Origin: a virus
Length of the DNA stretch: 64,000 nucleotides
Direction: 5' to 3' (one strand)
Virus record (IMG/VR): IMGVR_UViG_3300044844_001004
Numbering within the stretch: the first letter of the stretch is position 1; the number at the start of each line of letters is the position of its first letter. This document shows positions 16,188 to 25,854 of this stretch, piece by piece. The notes under the pieces are model-generated. The model ran no database searches. It was given only the letters and a program-made list of their open reading frames with translations, and was not told the origin of the DNA. Position numbers and translations under genes: made by a program.

Positions 16188-17438
16188 ATGGCAACAGATG
16201 CCCTGTACGCGCAGTCCGAAGTAATCTCGAAGTCGTTCCCGGAATTCTTCGGAACGGCTCCGGTTCTCGTGAACAAGCTGAAGAAGAACGGCAAGCTGGA
16301 CCGCATCAGCGAACGCGATTTCCGTGCGCCATTCCTCACTCAGAACGGTGGTCGCACCGGTACCTTTAACAGCAACGGCGGCGCCATTGGCCGCGGCACG
16401 GCGAGCAAGGGCAACGTCTTCACCCAGACGTTTTACAGCTTCCGTATCGCGTACGAACTGCCGCAGTTGATGATCGACGCCACCGCCGACGCCTCGATCT
16501 CGAGGCTGAACGCCTTCAAAAAGGCGATCAAGAGCGCGATCCCGGAAATGGCGAACTTCGTCGACCAGGCGTTCCACTCGGACGGCACCGCGATCATCGC
16601 GACGTCGATTTCCCAGTCCACGGTTTCGTCCAAAACCGTGTACGTCATGGACACCGTGACGGCCTGCCGCAAGTTGCGCCTCGGCCAGTACGTGATCCCG
16701 TACAACAGCGGCGGCACCGCGCTGAACTCCGGTACCGCGGTGCAGATCGATATGATCGATTACGCCAACCGAGCCGTCACCCTCTCCGCCACGATCGCCT
16801 CGGCGGCCGGCGGCGACACCCTTTGCTGGGATGGCGTGACCGGCTCCAGCCCGACCGGCCCGCAGGGGTTGAAGTATTTCAACAACTCCAGCACCTCCGG
16901 TTCCCGCCTCGGCGTCTCGGCCGCGACCACCTACGAAGTCGTTTCCAACTCCGTCCCGGTGGCCGGCGTCCCGACCTTCATGAGCGGCCAGAAGTTGCTC
17001 GACCAGGTCATCGAACGGCGCAAGGGCATCGTCAAGGGGATGATGTGGGTGTCGTCCGAAAAGCAGAAGTCGAACTTGCGCTCGCAGGTTTTGACCATGT
17101 CCCGCTTCGATCTCACCGGCAACGGCAAGGGTCTGGGTACGGATCTGAACGAAGAACCGGATTCCCCGACCTTTGACTACTGCGGCCGTCCCGGCATGGT
17201 GGATCCCCACCAGGACAACGACCGCATGGATCTCATCAACTTCAGCGATTGGACTCGCTGCCAGGTGAAGGATCTCGGCTACTACGAGCAGAACGGCAAC
17301 CGGTTCTTCACGATCTACGGTTCGGACGGCTCCCCGGCCGCGACGACCTGGTTCGCGCTGTACCTGCTGGAAAACTACGTCTGCGAGAACCCCGGCAACG
17401 CCGGCTACCTCAGCGGGCTGACGCTGCCGTCCTACTAA
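16188..17438 (+). CDS. major capsid protein
   Basis: 416 aa directly after the scaffold-like gene, with a good RBS (GGGAGATAAATCATG). A strong stem-loop follows the gene. Confidence 0.7.
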   Translation: MATDALYAQSEVISKSFPEFFGTAPVLVNKLKKNGKLDRISERDFRAPFLTQNGGRTGTFNSNGGAIGRGTASKGNVFTQTFYSFRIAYELPQLMIDATADASISRLNAFKKAIKSAIPEMANFVDQAFHSDGTAIIATSISQSTVSSKTVYVMDTVTACRKLRLGQYVIPYNSGGTALNSGTAVQIDMIDYANRAVTLSATIASAAGGDTLCWDGVTGSSPTGPQGLKYFNNSSTSGSRLGVSAATTYEVVSNSVPVAGVPTFMSGQKLLDQVIERRKGIVKGMMWVSSEKQKSNLRSQVLTMSRFDLTGNGKGLGTDLNEEPDSPTFDYCGRPGMVDPHQDNDRMDLINFSDWTRCQVKDLGYYEQNGNRFFTIYGSDGSPAATTWFALYLLENYVCENPGNAGYLSGLTLPSY

Positions 17439-17446
17439 CCCAACCC

Positions 17447-17471
17447 GGGCGGCGGAGAAATACCGCCGCCC
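17447..17471 (+). terminator. GC-rich stem-loop after the capsid gene (terminator/attenuator candidate)
   Basis: GGGCGGCGG (17447-17455) pairs with CCGCCGCCC (17463-17471) around a 7-nt loop. There is no U tract. Confidence 0.45.
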
Positions 17472-17483
17472 ACAACCAACCTC

Positions 17484-18083
17484 ATGAACGAAGAACAGCG
17501 CAAAAAAATCCACGAATTGAACCGCAAGCACTTCACGGAGTTCGGCGTCACTGGCGACGGCCGCCTGTGTTACCAGTGGATGCGCACCGACGAGATGCCG
17601 ATTGAATTCGGCCGCGGTTACAAAGAACACTTCGACAGCGAGTCAACTCTTTGGCTGGCCCACCGTCAGTACAAGCGGCGCATGTTCGCCGAGACGCATG
17701 CCAATGGCGTGTGCTGGACGATTGCCGTCCTGATGACGCCCACGCGCGATCTGTGGATTAGCCAGTTTGGTACGGACTTCCCGTGGCCAGCGAACGGCAT
17801 GTATGTCCCGGTGGACAACATCGTCATGCGCGTCGACATCCTCCCGGGCGAAGAAGAGTCCCTGCGCGCCGCCTACAACATCCGCGAGACGTTGAAGATC
17901 GTGTCCAAGGGATATGAGGCAGCCTTCAAACACTTCAGCGAGGAGGATGCCGCCGAAGGGAAGAAAGTCCGCGACTCCTTCCAGAACAAGGTCAATGATT
18001 TCGTGGACGACTCGACGCCCGCGTTTGGAAATAACCCCGGCGGTAAAGGGCACGTCAGCCTTCCGTCCATAGGAGCATTATGA
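17484..18083 (+). CDS. virion-module hypothetical protein (199 aa)
   Basis: Track ORF in the structural operon. No motif recognised. Confidence 0.6.
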   Translation: MNEEQRKKIHELNRKHFTEFGVTGDGRLCYQWMRTDEMPIEFGRGYKEHFDSESTLWLAHRQYKRRMFAETHANGVCWTIAVLMTPTRDLWISQFGTDFPWPANGMYVPVDNIVMRVDILPGEEESLRAAYNIRETLKIVSKGYEAAFKHFSEEDAAEGKKVRDSFQNKVNDFVDDSTPAFGNNPGGKGHVSLPSIGAL

Positions 18084-18820
18084 TTTTCACGATCGTTTCG
18101 ATCTTTCCGCTTGAACTCCAGGAGAGTCGGCCAATGTTATCGCCGGTCAAGGTGTTCACCGTGCCGCCGGCCACTCCCGGCGGATTCTCCACTTTGCAGG
18201 TTGTCGACGCCACCCAACGCGACTACGCCGGCGCCGACCAGTACATGAACATGCTGGTTTCCGCTGAGGAGTTGGCGCGGGATCTGGTGTCCAGCTACCG
18301 GCGCTTCTCCTGCGGGAACGATGGTCGTATCGGCGTCTTCATGATGGAAGGAACGCCGACCGCACAGCAGATCTTCGAAGATCCTCAGTACCAGGAGTGC
18401 AAAGACGAACAGGATAAGCTCTGCCGGAACCTCATCATCGAGGCGCGGTACTTGGAGGCCAAGCAGTTGACCGGCGCGATCGGCGCCCGCCACTTCCGCG
18501 CGGCCGAGTACCTGCGAGTTGTCGGCGAGTCCTGGCAGAATCATGACCTCAAGCGGGACGCGCGCATGGAATGCCCGTACTGCAGCAAGTACATCGTGTC
18601 GCACGCCATCAAATGTCCCGAGTGCAAAGAGGTCGTCAACGCCGAGGCCTACGCCGCCCAGATCGCGAAGACCAATCGCTTGGTCGAGGCAGCGACACAG
18701 CAGCATCAGATTTCCGCTCTCAAGCCGTCTTCGAAGCCGGTGGATGTCCAGATCGAGGGTATTGACCCGGCAGCCATTGGCAAGGCCGTAGCGCCCAAGC
18801 AAACTCCCGTTCGGGCTTAA
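18080..18820 (+). CDS. virion-module hypothetical protein with zinc ribbon (246 aa)
   Basis: ATGA overlap with the previous gene and AGGAG 5 nt upstream. It contains CPYCSKYIVSHAIKCPECKE. Confidence 0.6.
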   Translation: MIFTIVSIFPLELQESRPMLSPVKVFTVPPATPGGFSTLQVVDATQRDYAGADQYMNMLVSAEELARDLVSSYRRFSCGNDGRIGVFMMEGTPTAQQIFEDPQYQECKDEQDKLCRNLIIEARYLEAKQLTGAIGARHFRAAEYLRVVGESWQNHDLKRDARMECPYCSKYIVSHAIKCPECKEVVNAEAYAAQIAKTNRLVEAATQQHQISALKPSSKPVDVQIEGIDPAAIGKAVAPKQTPVRA

Positions 18821-18823
18821 TCC

Positions 18824-19747
18824 ATGATCCCAACCGTAGAAGAAGTGGTAGCGCTGGCTGCGAGCCTCCTTGGTGAACGAACTCCACGTAAGTTCACCGC
18901 GGCGGTACTGCAGCCGTCGTTTGAGATGGCGTACGAGGAGTTGACTGAGGAGATGGCCCGCAACCACCTCACCAAGCAACTCCGCACGGTCATCTACCCG
19001 TTGGCGGCCAACACCACTTCTTTAACCCCGGCAGCGATTGGGGTGTCGAACTTCGGCGAGCTCTACTCGATGGAGGAGCGGATTTATGGGAGCACAGGGA
19101 TTTACACCCTGGTGACTGCTTGCACCGCTCTCCCCCAGCGCCAAGCCGTTCAACTATTAGTCAATTACGAGTGGTCGAACGACACCTGGAACTTCATCGG
19201 TGCGACTGGCGCTGTCCAACTCCGGATCCGGTACTACGATTCCGGTGCTGCGCCGACGACCGGTTCATGCGGGATCGACGGGTGCAAGAATTTCCTGGCC
19301 TACCGAGTGGCGGCCATCGCCGGCTTCACCGCTGGCAACAAGGACCTGGCCCGCGACTACGACCGGCAGGCTCGTGGCGATAGGCTGGACAACAACGGCG
19401 GGTTCATCTTCCGGCTCATTCAGGCGGCTGTCACCGGTGAGCAGTCCTCTCAATTACAGATGCCGATTTATCACGCTCAGAACTTGGCAATGCTGCCATT
19501 TGTTCCAGGGCTGATAACTTCCGAAGGAGGCTCCGTGGGGGCACCAAATACCGTCGTGCCGACCGGAACAATTGACGGGACGAACGACACATTCACATTG
19601 GCATCGGCGCCTCTCCATATGACGCTTTACCTGAATGGAGTGACACTGCTGTCCGGTACCGCGTACACGCTTTCTGGTGCGACAATTACGATGGCTCCTG
19701 GCTACATCCCGCAAGTCGGGGATTTGTTTTGGGCCGAGGTCTGGTAG
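18824..19747 (+). CDS. virion structural protein (possible head-tail adaptor, 307 aa)
   Basis: Called from position after the capsid gene. The C-terminus is a beta-rich module (GTIDGTNDTFTLASAP...LYLNGVTLLSGTAYTLSGATITM). Confidence 0.5.
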   Translation: MIPTVEEVVALAASLLGERTPRKFTAAVLQPSFEMAYEELTEEMARNHLTKQLRTVIYPLAANTTSLTPAAIGVSNFGELYSMEERIYGSTGIYTLVTACTALPQRQAVQLLVNYEWSNDTWNFIGATGAVQLRIRYYDSGAAPTTGSCGIDGCKNFLAYRVAAIAGFTAGNKDLARDYDRQARGDRLDNNGGFIFRLIQAAVTGEQSSQLQMPIYHAQNLAMLPFVPGLITSEGGSVGAPNTVVPTGTIDGTNDTFTLASAPLHMTLYLNGVTLLSGTAYTLSGATITMAPGYIPQVGDLFWAEVW

Positions 19748-19751
19748 ACAT

Positions 19752-19773
19752 CCGGGGTAGCTCCGGCTCCCGG
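19752..19773 (+). terminator. stem-loop between structural genes
   Basis: CCGGGGTAGC-TCCG-GCTCCCGG forms about 8 bp with a 2-nt bulge. There is no U tract. Confidence 0.25.
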
Positions 19774-19810
19774 CGTATCAACTGAATAAATCTCGAAAGA
19801 GCGGGGAATC

Positions 19811-20278
19811 ATGAAAAATCTCGAAACACTGTATAAGAATGGCCGACTGAACGCCGAAGTCGGACCCAATATCGGCTACCTCACGAGCACCGTGAAGACG
19901 ACGGCCGCCGCGGTGACCTACACGGCCGCCGAAATCGCCGGCGGGTACATCCGCCGCGACCCGAATGGCAGTGGCCGAACGGATGTCCTGCCGACTGCCG
20001 CGTTGCTCGTGGCGTATCTGCGCAACATCGCCGGTCAGCTTGGCGCCGAGTTGACGGCACGGATCGAGATGCAGTTCACGATCCAGAACGACGCCGACGC
20101 CGCCGAAACGATCACGATGAGCGTTGGCACCGGTGGCTCGCTTGGCCCGAATGTGGCCGGCAGCGTCACGGTCACTGTTCCGCAGAACACGTCGAAGCGG
20201 TTTTCGATCCAGTTCACCAGCACCACGCCTGGCTCCGAAGCCTACGTCCTGCGCAACCTTGGCGGGTACACTACCTAA
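19811..20278 (+). CDS. virion structural protein (155 aa)
   Basis: Track ORF preceded by a 63-nt gap and GAGCGGGGAATCATG. The sequence is beta-rich. Confidence 0.6.
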   Translation: MKNLETLYKNGRLNAEVGPNIGYLTSTVKTTAAAVTYTAAEIAGGYIRRDPNGSGRTDVLPTAALLVAYLRNIAGQLGAELTARIEMQFTIQNDADAAETITMSVGTGGSLGPNVAGSVTVTVPQNTSKRFSIQFTSTTPGSEAYVLRNLGGYTT

Positions 20279-20281
20279 CCA

Positions 20282-22171
20282 ATGGCTGTCGCGGTTGACG
20301 GGTTCAAAACGTCGCGTATTGTGGGGCCCCGCGGTCCTTGGAGTCGCCTCGATAACAGGCCGGTTCCAAAGGAGCGGGGCTCTCTCGCGCAAAACGTGCG
20401 CTTCGAGTTGAACCGCGTCAAGTCGAGGGATGGATTCGCGCATGACTTCGCCACCGCCGGGAAGGTTACCAGCTTTTATCACTGGATCACCAACGACAAC
20501 GCGGTGGAGGTAAATCGCATCGTCTACTACGAGAGCGAGGCGACTCTGAAGATGCGGAATGTCGTCGACGGAAGCACCGTCACGCTGCTTTCGCAGGCTG
20601 GGCGTTCCGTCGTTCCTGCCGAGGCCGGATCGAGGCTCTACGTTGGCGTGACGCAGACCAGTGGCATCGCCACGTCACAGGCTCGCGTCATCAACGCGCT
20701 CATCGGCGGCGCGCCGGCTGACAAGGCTTTCGCCGGCCCGATGACGACGGCCCCGGTCATCACCGAGACTGGCGCCGGGAACTGCAGCGCAGGCGACCAC
20801 AAGTTTGGGTACATCCTGGAGTCGCGCACTGGTTTCACGGGGAAGCCTGGACCGTATTCGGCTGGAGTGTTCACTCCTGTCACGTTCACGGTCACTGCCG
20901 GCGGCAAGACGCTAAACATGGCCGTCACCGCCACCACGCCGACTGACGCCGCCTACCTGCACCCCATCATGACCCGCAAGGATAATCCGGATCGCTGGTA
21001 CTTCGTTCCAGACGCATCCGTCGCCATTCCAGCCGGCACCGCCTGGACGGCGAACATGGTAATCGACATCGCTGACGAGACGTTGGCGGATTCGGCCGAG
21101 GAGTGCAGCGAGAACTTCGACTTGCTGACGCAGGACACGAGCGGGAACGGCCCGTTCAACCCGTTCAAAGTCGTAGCGGTCGGCCAGCGGATGATGTACT
21201 TGACGCCGCAGAAGCTCTACATCTCCGACCCCAAGGATTATCAGTACCTCACCGAAATCGAGCATGCGATCACGCTCCCCGGGCAGCGCCAGATCATCAC
21301 GGCATTCCCGATGCGCGGCAACATCTACGTGCTGGGGCCGTCCTGGACATACGCCTTCTCGATGAGCGGCGAACGGCCGCGGTTCTGGGGTGACCCAGAG
21401 TTGGTGTCTGGCACCATCGGCACCACCGGCACGAACGCGGTTTGCTGGGCCACCGGCGGCGACTATGCGTGGGTGGCGAACTCCACCGGCTTCTACCGCT
21501 TCGACGGACAGTACGATCCCATCGCGATCTCCTACATGAACAAGGACGAATGGGACCGCATTAACTGGGCGGCGCCGTGGTGCATTCAGATCGTCGACGA
21601 CCCGGTCAACAACCGCGTCTATTTGTCCGCGCCACTCGACGGCGCGACTGAGCCGACCCACCTCCTGACGTGGGATTATTCGCGCGGCATGTCCTGGTCG
21701 CAGGTGGATTTCTCCCTCGACAATCTGCCGACCAGCCATTCCTCGATCGGGATGGTGCAGAGCCGTTCGACGGGGCAGACGGCGTTATGGGCGGGACCGG
21801 CCGCCGCCGGAAACATGCTCCGCCAAGTCGTAGGCCAACACGACGACGCCGGCAATGGATTCACCAGCCTGTACGAGACGTCCTACCTCATCCCCGCTGG
21901 ATCGAAATGGCGCGATATCAAATTGGGCGCAGCGGAAATGCAGGTCGTCGGCGAAGGAGATTTGGCCGTTGTCGCGTATGGGAAAAACCGCCAATACTCC
22001 GAAACGCTGGAAAGCGTCACGCTCGAAGCGGACCCGTCCGACGACCAGCTTCTTGGCGCTGATTTCAACGACGACAATGTCACGATCCGCGTCAGTACGA
22101 CGGGCGCCGGCAATTGGTTTGACCTGTCCACGATCACGGCATACTTTGTAGATTGGATGCAAAACGCATGA
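20282..22171 (+). CDS. large virion structural protein (629 aa; tail/nozzle candidate)
   Basis: Track ORF. The assignment rests on position only. Confidence 0.55.
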   Translation: MAVAVDGFKTSRIVGPRGPWSRLDNRPVPKERGSLAQNVRFELNRVKSRDGFAHDFATAGKVTSFYHWITNDNAVEVNRIVYYESEATLKMRNVVDGSTVTLLSQAGRSVVPAEAGSRLYVGVTQTSGIATSQARVINALIGGAPADKAFAGPMTTAPVITETGAGNCSAGDHKFGYILESRTGFTGKPGPYSAGVFTPVTFTVTAGGKTLNMAVTATTPTDAAYLHPIMTRKDNPDRWYFVPDASVAIPAGTAWTANMVIDIADETLADSAEECSENFDLLTQDTSGNGPFNPFKVVAVGQRMMYLTPQKLYISDPKDYQYLTEIEHAITLPGQRQIITAFPMRGNIYVLGPSWTYAFSMSGERPRFWGDPELVSGTIGTTGTNAVCWATGGDYAWVANSTGFYRFDGQYDPIAISYMNKDEWDRINWAAPWCIQIVDDPVNNRVYLSAPLDGATEPTHLLTWDYSRGMSWSQVDFSLDNLPTSHSSIGMVQSRSTGQTALWAGPAAAGNMLRQVVGQHDDAGNGFTSLYETSYLIPAGSKWRDIKLGAAEMQVVGEGDLAVVAYGKNRQYSETLESVTLEADPSDDQLLGADFNDDNVTIRVSTTGAGNWFDLSTITAYFVDWMQNA

Positions 22172-23226
22172 GCCTCAAACTCATCGGCCAGCAGCTCCTC
22201 GCAACTCGCGAACGCTTCGGCGTCCTGCTTGCGAATGCCCTGGACAAAATCGACATTGCGTTCAGCAACACCTACCGTGACATGGGGTGGTTCCGCATCA
22301 CTGATTCGACAAGCGGGCTTCGGAAAGATGTTGTCGCCACTCCAGTGCTGCAGATCCTTGGGAACCTGAAAAACGGTGACCCGGTCGGGCAGATCAGGTC
22401 GATCGACGGCAGGTTTGTGATCCTCTTGGATGCGTCTGGCCGGGCAGGCAACGGGACGCTGAATATCGAAAGCCGTAACCCCGATATCGGCGAGAGCATG
22501 TCTATCTCCCCCGACAATTTATTCATCACTGATATCGACGGGCAGCTTCTTTTTTCCATTACCGCCGAGCAAGATTCGCTTGGAAACGATATAGTGCTTG
22601 TCCTTGGGCAAGTCGATGCCGGCGCCGTCAACTCGTTCTCGCTGGAATCAAACCCGTTCTGGGCGCGCCTTATCAACACGTTCAAAGATGCCGTCGATGG
22701 TGACGTTATCACGCTCCTGCAATCCGAAGAGGCGACCGGGACTATCTCTGTTAAGAAGGGTGCCGACAACGAAATCATCGGCACCGTGAGTGCGGCGGCA
22801 GTTGTCCTCACTGTCAAAAACGTATCGAGCGACACCACTATCAAACCGGAAAGCGTTGTCACTCCTCGCCTCGGCGTTGGCGGAGCCGCGCCGGCGACCG
22901 ATGGGTACGCATCGGTATCTGACTTTCTCGGGGTTGGCGCATCCACCCCCAGCGCGGCCGAAGCCGTCAAGATCGTTGGCGACACAAACATGGTTGGCGC
23001 TCTCGATGTCAGTGGCGCCGTAACGAACCCGCTGCTGACGTCGACATACGTGATTGCCCTGCCAGGTGGCACCCTGTCATCGCAAGACGCCGCAACGACT
23101 CGGACCGGGCTCGACGTCTATTCGAAATCGGAAGTCGACGCCGCTATCGCCGCCGCCATCGCCGCCATCGTGGTCGACAACGCCCTCGTCGGAACGCCGG
23201 AAGAACACAGCCACTCGCTCTCGTAA
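22168..23226 (+). CDS. tail-fibre-like protein (352 aa)
   Basis: ATG at 22168 overlaps the previous stop (ATGA). It has a fibre-like C-terminal motif (TRTGLDVYSKSEVDAAIAAAIAAI). Confidence 0.55.
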   Translation: MSLKLIGQQLLATRERFGVLLANALDKIDIAFSNTYRDMGWFRITDSTSGLRKDVVATPVLQILGNLKNGDPVGQIRSIDGRFVILLDASGRAGNGTLNIESRNPDIGESMSISPDNLFITDIDGQLLFSITAEQDSLGNDIVLVLGQVDAGAVNSFSLESNPFWARLINTFKDAVDGDVITLLQSEEATGTISVKKGADNEIIGTVSAAAVVLTVKNVSSDTTIKPESVVTPRLGVGGAAPATDGYASVSDFLGVGASTPSAAEAVKIVGDTNMVGALDVSGAVTNPLLTSTYVIALPGGTLSSQDAATTRTGLDVYSKSEVDAAIAAAIAAIVVDNALVGTPEEHSHSLS

Positions 23227-23231
23227 CCACC

Positions 23232-23693
23232 ATGGAACTCATCGCCATACTTCCGAAAGACCGCAGCCAGACCGGCGAACTGCAAATCTGGCGCAGCGGC
23301 GCGCTCGTCCAGAAGTTTCCGGTTCTCGGCAAGGCCGACAACGCGATGGCGAAGAAGTCTGGCAACGCCACTCGCGACCAATTGTTCCCGTTCGGGGACA
23401 CGCCGACCGGGAAATGGAAGGTGACCGCCGCCGTCAAGCCGCAGGCCGACACGTCCACCTACGGGATTCATCCAGTTTTCATGTTGTGGCCGCTTGATGG
23501 CAATGCGATGACATCTCACGACGCCAAGCACCGCCGCGTCGGCATCTGGCTGCATGCAGGAGTTTTGAATGGCGCCGGGCAACTTCGTCCCACGTACGGA
23601 TGCCTTCGGGTGCACAATGAAACCATGGCACGGCTTCACGAATTGATCGCGCAGCACGGGCCGATAACCACGCTTGAGGTAAAGGAAACCTGA
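23232..23693 (+). CDS. YkuD-like (L,D-transpeptidase catalytic fold) protein
   Basis: 153 aa. RVGIWLHAG...RPTYGCLRVHNETMARLHELI matches the YkuD His...(S/T)xGC(I/L)R(M/V)HN active-site pattern. Confidence 0.55.
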   Translation: MELIAILPKDRSQTGELQIWRSGALVQKFPVLGKADNAMAKKSGNATRDQLFPFGDTPTGKWKVTAAVKPQADTSTYGIHPVFMLWPLDGNAMTSHDAKHRRVGIWLHAGVLNGAGQLRPTYGCLRVHNETMARLHELIAQHGPITTLEVKET

Positions 23694-24265
23694 TGTCGAA
23701 TCTCTACAAATCCACCTACGAAGGCAAGTTGCCCGCCGACCTGGCCAGCATCGAAGAGGGCCGAATTTTGATGGGCGAACTGCAGAAGCACGCTCCCCGC
23801 TTCCGCGGCGGCATGGGCCTGCCGGAATCCTCGCTTCTGGCTATCGGCAGCAAGGGTGGCCCGACCGCTCTGTATATCCCGGTCGACGAGCTGGTCGCCA
23901 ACGGGTTTCCGGAATCCCAGCCGATCCATCTCCAGCTCAAGATCGAGCAGGGCCCCAAGCGCTCCACTGACGACGACTTCGGCGACGAGTATATCAACCC
24001 GTTCCGCACCACCAATGGCGTGATGCTCGAAGTCCGCGACAGCCTCGATATCATCCGGAAGTACGGCGATTTCGGTTTTCAGCGCCTCTTCACCGCGATC
24101 AACGACGCCGGCAACTATGCGGCGCCAAAGGTGATTCTCGCTGCTTCCATCGTTCCGCCTGCACCGCCGGCCGCCGCCCCGTTCGTCGAACCGACTCCCG
24201 GGGCCGAGCCGACCCACGACGCGCCACCACCGGTCCACGAACCGGCCGTCTCCAAGAAGAAGTAA
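23693..24265 (+). CDS. hypothetical protein (190 aa)
   Basis: Start overlaps the previous stop (TGATG). The C-terminus is proline-rich. Confidence 0.6.
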   Translation: MSNLYKSTYEGKLPADLASIEEGRILMGELQKHAPRFRGGMGLPESSLLAIGSKGGPTALYIPVDELVANGFPESQPIHLQLKIEQGPKRSTDDDFGDEYINPFRTTNGVMLEVRDSLDIIRKYGDFGFQRLFTAINDAGNYAAPKVILAASIVPPAPPAAAPFVEPTPGAEPTHDAPPPVHEPAVSKKK

Positions 24266-24326
24266 TCCCCGGCTGGCGGTAGGTGTTCCTGCCGCCAGCG
24301 TCCATATGTAGTCGAAAGGTTCGACG

Positions 24327-24563
24327 ATGCCAAAAGCCAAAAATCAGATCAATATCCCTCCTTACCTGCAGATAATCCTGCACATTTTGTGCGCGATATT
24401 CTACAGCGCTAACGGGCAAGGATTGATCCAGGATGAACACACAGCCAAGTGGATCATCACTATAATTGGAAGCACGCAGTCGGTTCTGGCTATCTATGGC
24501 ATCTTTACGCCGTCACCAAATGCTCCCGCCCAGCCGCCGCCGCCGGGCGGAGCGAAACGCTGA
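24327..24563 (+). CDS. two-TM small membrane protein (holin-like topology)
   Basis: 78 aa with hydrophobic helices YLQIILHILCAIFYSA and WIITIIGSTQSVLAIYGIF. The segment is AT-richer than its flanks. Confidence 0.5.
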   Translation: MPKAKNQINIPPYLQIILHILCAIFYSANGQGLIQDEHTAKWIITIIGSTQSVLAIYGIFTPSPNAPAQPPPPGGAKR

Positions 24564-24588
24564 GGTCGTTCAGCTAGGAGAAAAGACC

Positions 24589-24915
24589 GTGCAAGAATTC
24601 GCCGCAATTATTCCGGAGCAAATCCATCTCATGGATGACAAAGAGAAGTGGCAGTTAATCATTAAACTCCTTGAGGCCACTAACTCGAAAGTCGAGTCAA
24701 TGACCCGGGAGATGCAGCAGATGCAGTTCTCGATGACGAGAATGGCTGACGACGTCGACGCGATCAAGGAAGAATTGCAGAACGCCAAAGAAAAAATCAC
24801 CGAGTTCGAGAAGTTGCGGATAATGGCAAATGGAGTGAGGGCCGCATTGGTCGCCGGTGGCGGAGTTCTCGCCTGGGGCGCAAGTCAGATCTGGGAACAG
24901 TTTCACAAGAAGTAG
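24589..24915 (+). CDS. coiled-coil protein with C-terminal TM helix (108 aa)
   Basis: GTG at 24589 is preceded by TAGGAG. The track ORF 24466..24915 has an Arg-rich N-terminal extension that I judge non-coding. C-terminal helix: ALVAGGGVLAWGASQIW. Confidence 0.5.
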   Translation: MQEFAAIIPEQIHLMDDKEKWQLIIKLLEATNSKVESMTREMQQMQFSMTRMADDVDAIKEELQNAKEKITEFEKLRIMANGVRAALVAGGGVLAWGASQIWEQFHKK

Positions 24916-24924
24916 GAGGCGTCC

Positions 24925-25854
24925 ATGCCTTTCTTATCAGGAGTTCAACCGCAGCAGGCGCCTAAGCCTGTTGAGCAACAGCCGGCACCAGTCAAGAAGC
25001 CAGCGGTCCAAGCGCAGCCAGCGCCTCCGCCAGCCCAACAGCCGAGCGCACAACCACGCCAAGCCACTGCGCCGATGTCGAAATACGACCAACCGCAGCA
25101 GATGGCCTACAGCCGAACGCTACAACCGAAGCAGCCGCAAGCCCAGTCGTACGGACGTCAGCCTCAAAGACAGCAGGCCCAGCAGCCACGCCAGCAGGTC
25201 CAGCCGCAGAGTGGCACTTACTCCCCGCGCCAACAGTCGAGCATGGGGTATGGATACCAGCCGCAACCGCAGCCCCGGCAGCGGCAGCAACCGCAGCCAC
25301 AACTACCAGCGCAGGGCAGCGACGAGTACAATAACTACGACCCCAGAGCGCGAGCGGAAATTGACGCGCAGCGGCGGTATCAAGGCCAGAGCGGCGGCAT
25401 GAATGGCTATCGGTCGACATACGATCAAATAAAACCGCAGCCGCAAAATGGCGGATACAACCCGCGAGAGATGCAGTCTCGTGCCGCGCAGCAAGCGCAG
25501 GTGCCGTCTAGCCGCCTACAGCAAGGAACATACGTTGGAGAAGGCGTCTACGCTGACGGCTCGCCGATGCCGCCAGACTCGGGAATGGCTAACTTCCAGG
25601 ATGACGGTCGCAGGTTTGCAGCGGCAGCCTTCCCTGGACAAGCGCCGACGCCCTCTAGCGGTTTCAATGGCCAGTCACTCGTCCAGTCCAACGGCGGCCC
25701 AGACGGTGGGGTGTATAGCGGGTTCGATCAAGGCGCACCAGATATTCCACTGCCGCTTGAGCAGCCAGAAGAAGGAATGAGGCGAATGACCGAACGCGGT
25801 AACGCTGGCGGCGGTGATGCTTGGTGGCAGAGATTGATTCAGAGGGGGCGCTAA
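24925..25854 (+). CDS. Q/P/Y/G-rich low-complexity protein (309 aa)
   Basis: Track ORF with runs such as QPQPQPRQRQQPQPQLPAQ. Confidence 0.6.
   Translation: MPFLSGVQPQQAPKPVEQQPAPVKKPAVQAQPAPPPAQQPSAQPRQATAPMSKYDQPQQMAYSRTLQPKQPQAQSYGRQPQRQQAQQPRQQVQPQSGTYSPRQQSSMGYGYQPQPQPRQRQQPQPQLPAQGSDEYNNYDPRARAEIDAQRRYQGQSGGMNGYRSTYDQIKPQPQNGGYNPREMQSRAAQQAQVPSSRLQQGTYVGEGVYADGSPMPPDSGMANFQDDGRRFAAAAFPGQAPTPSSGFNGQSLVQSNGGPDGGVYSGFDQGAPDIPLPLEQPEEGMRRMTERGNAGGGDAWWQRLIQRGR

Noticed and set aside
15984-17630. A 548-aa minus-strand ORF opposite the scaffold and capsid genes.
   Set aside because: It is antisense to two strongly supported structural genes and has a low-complexity R/G/A/V composition.
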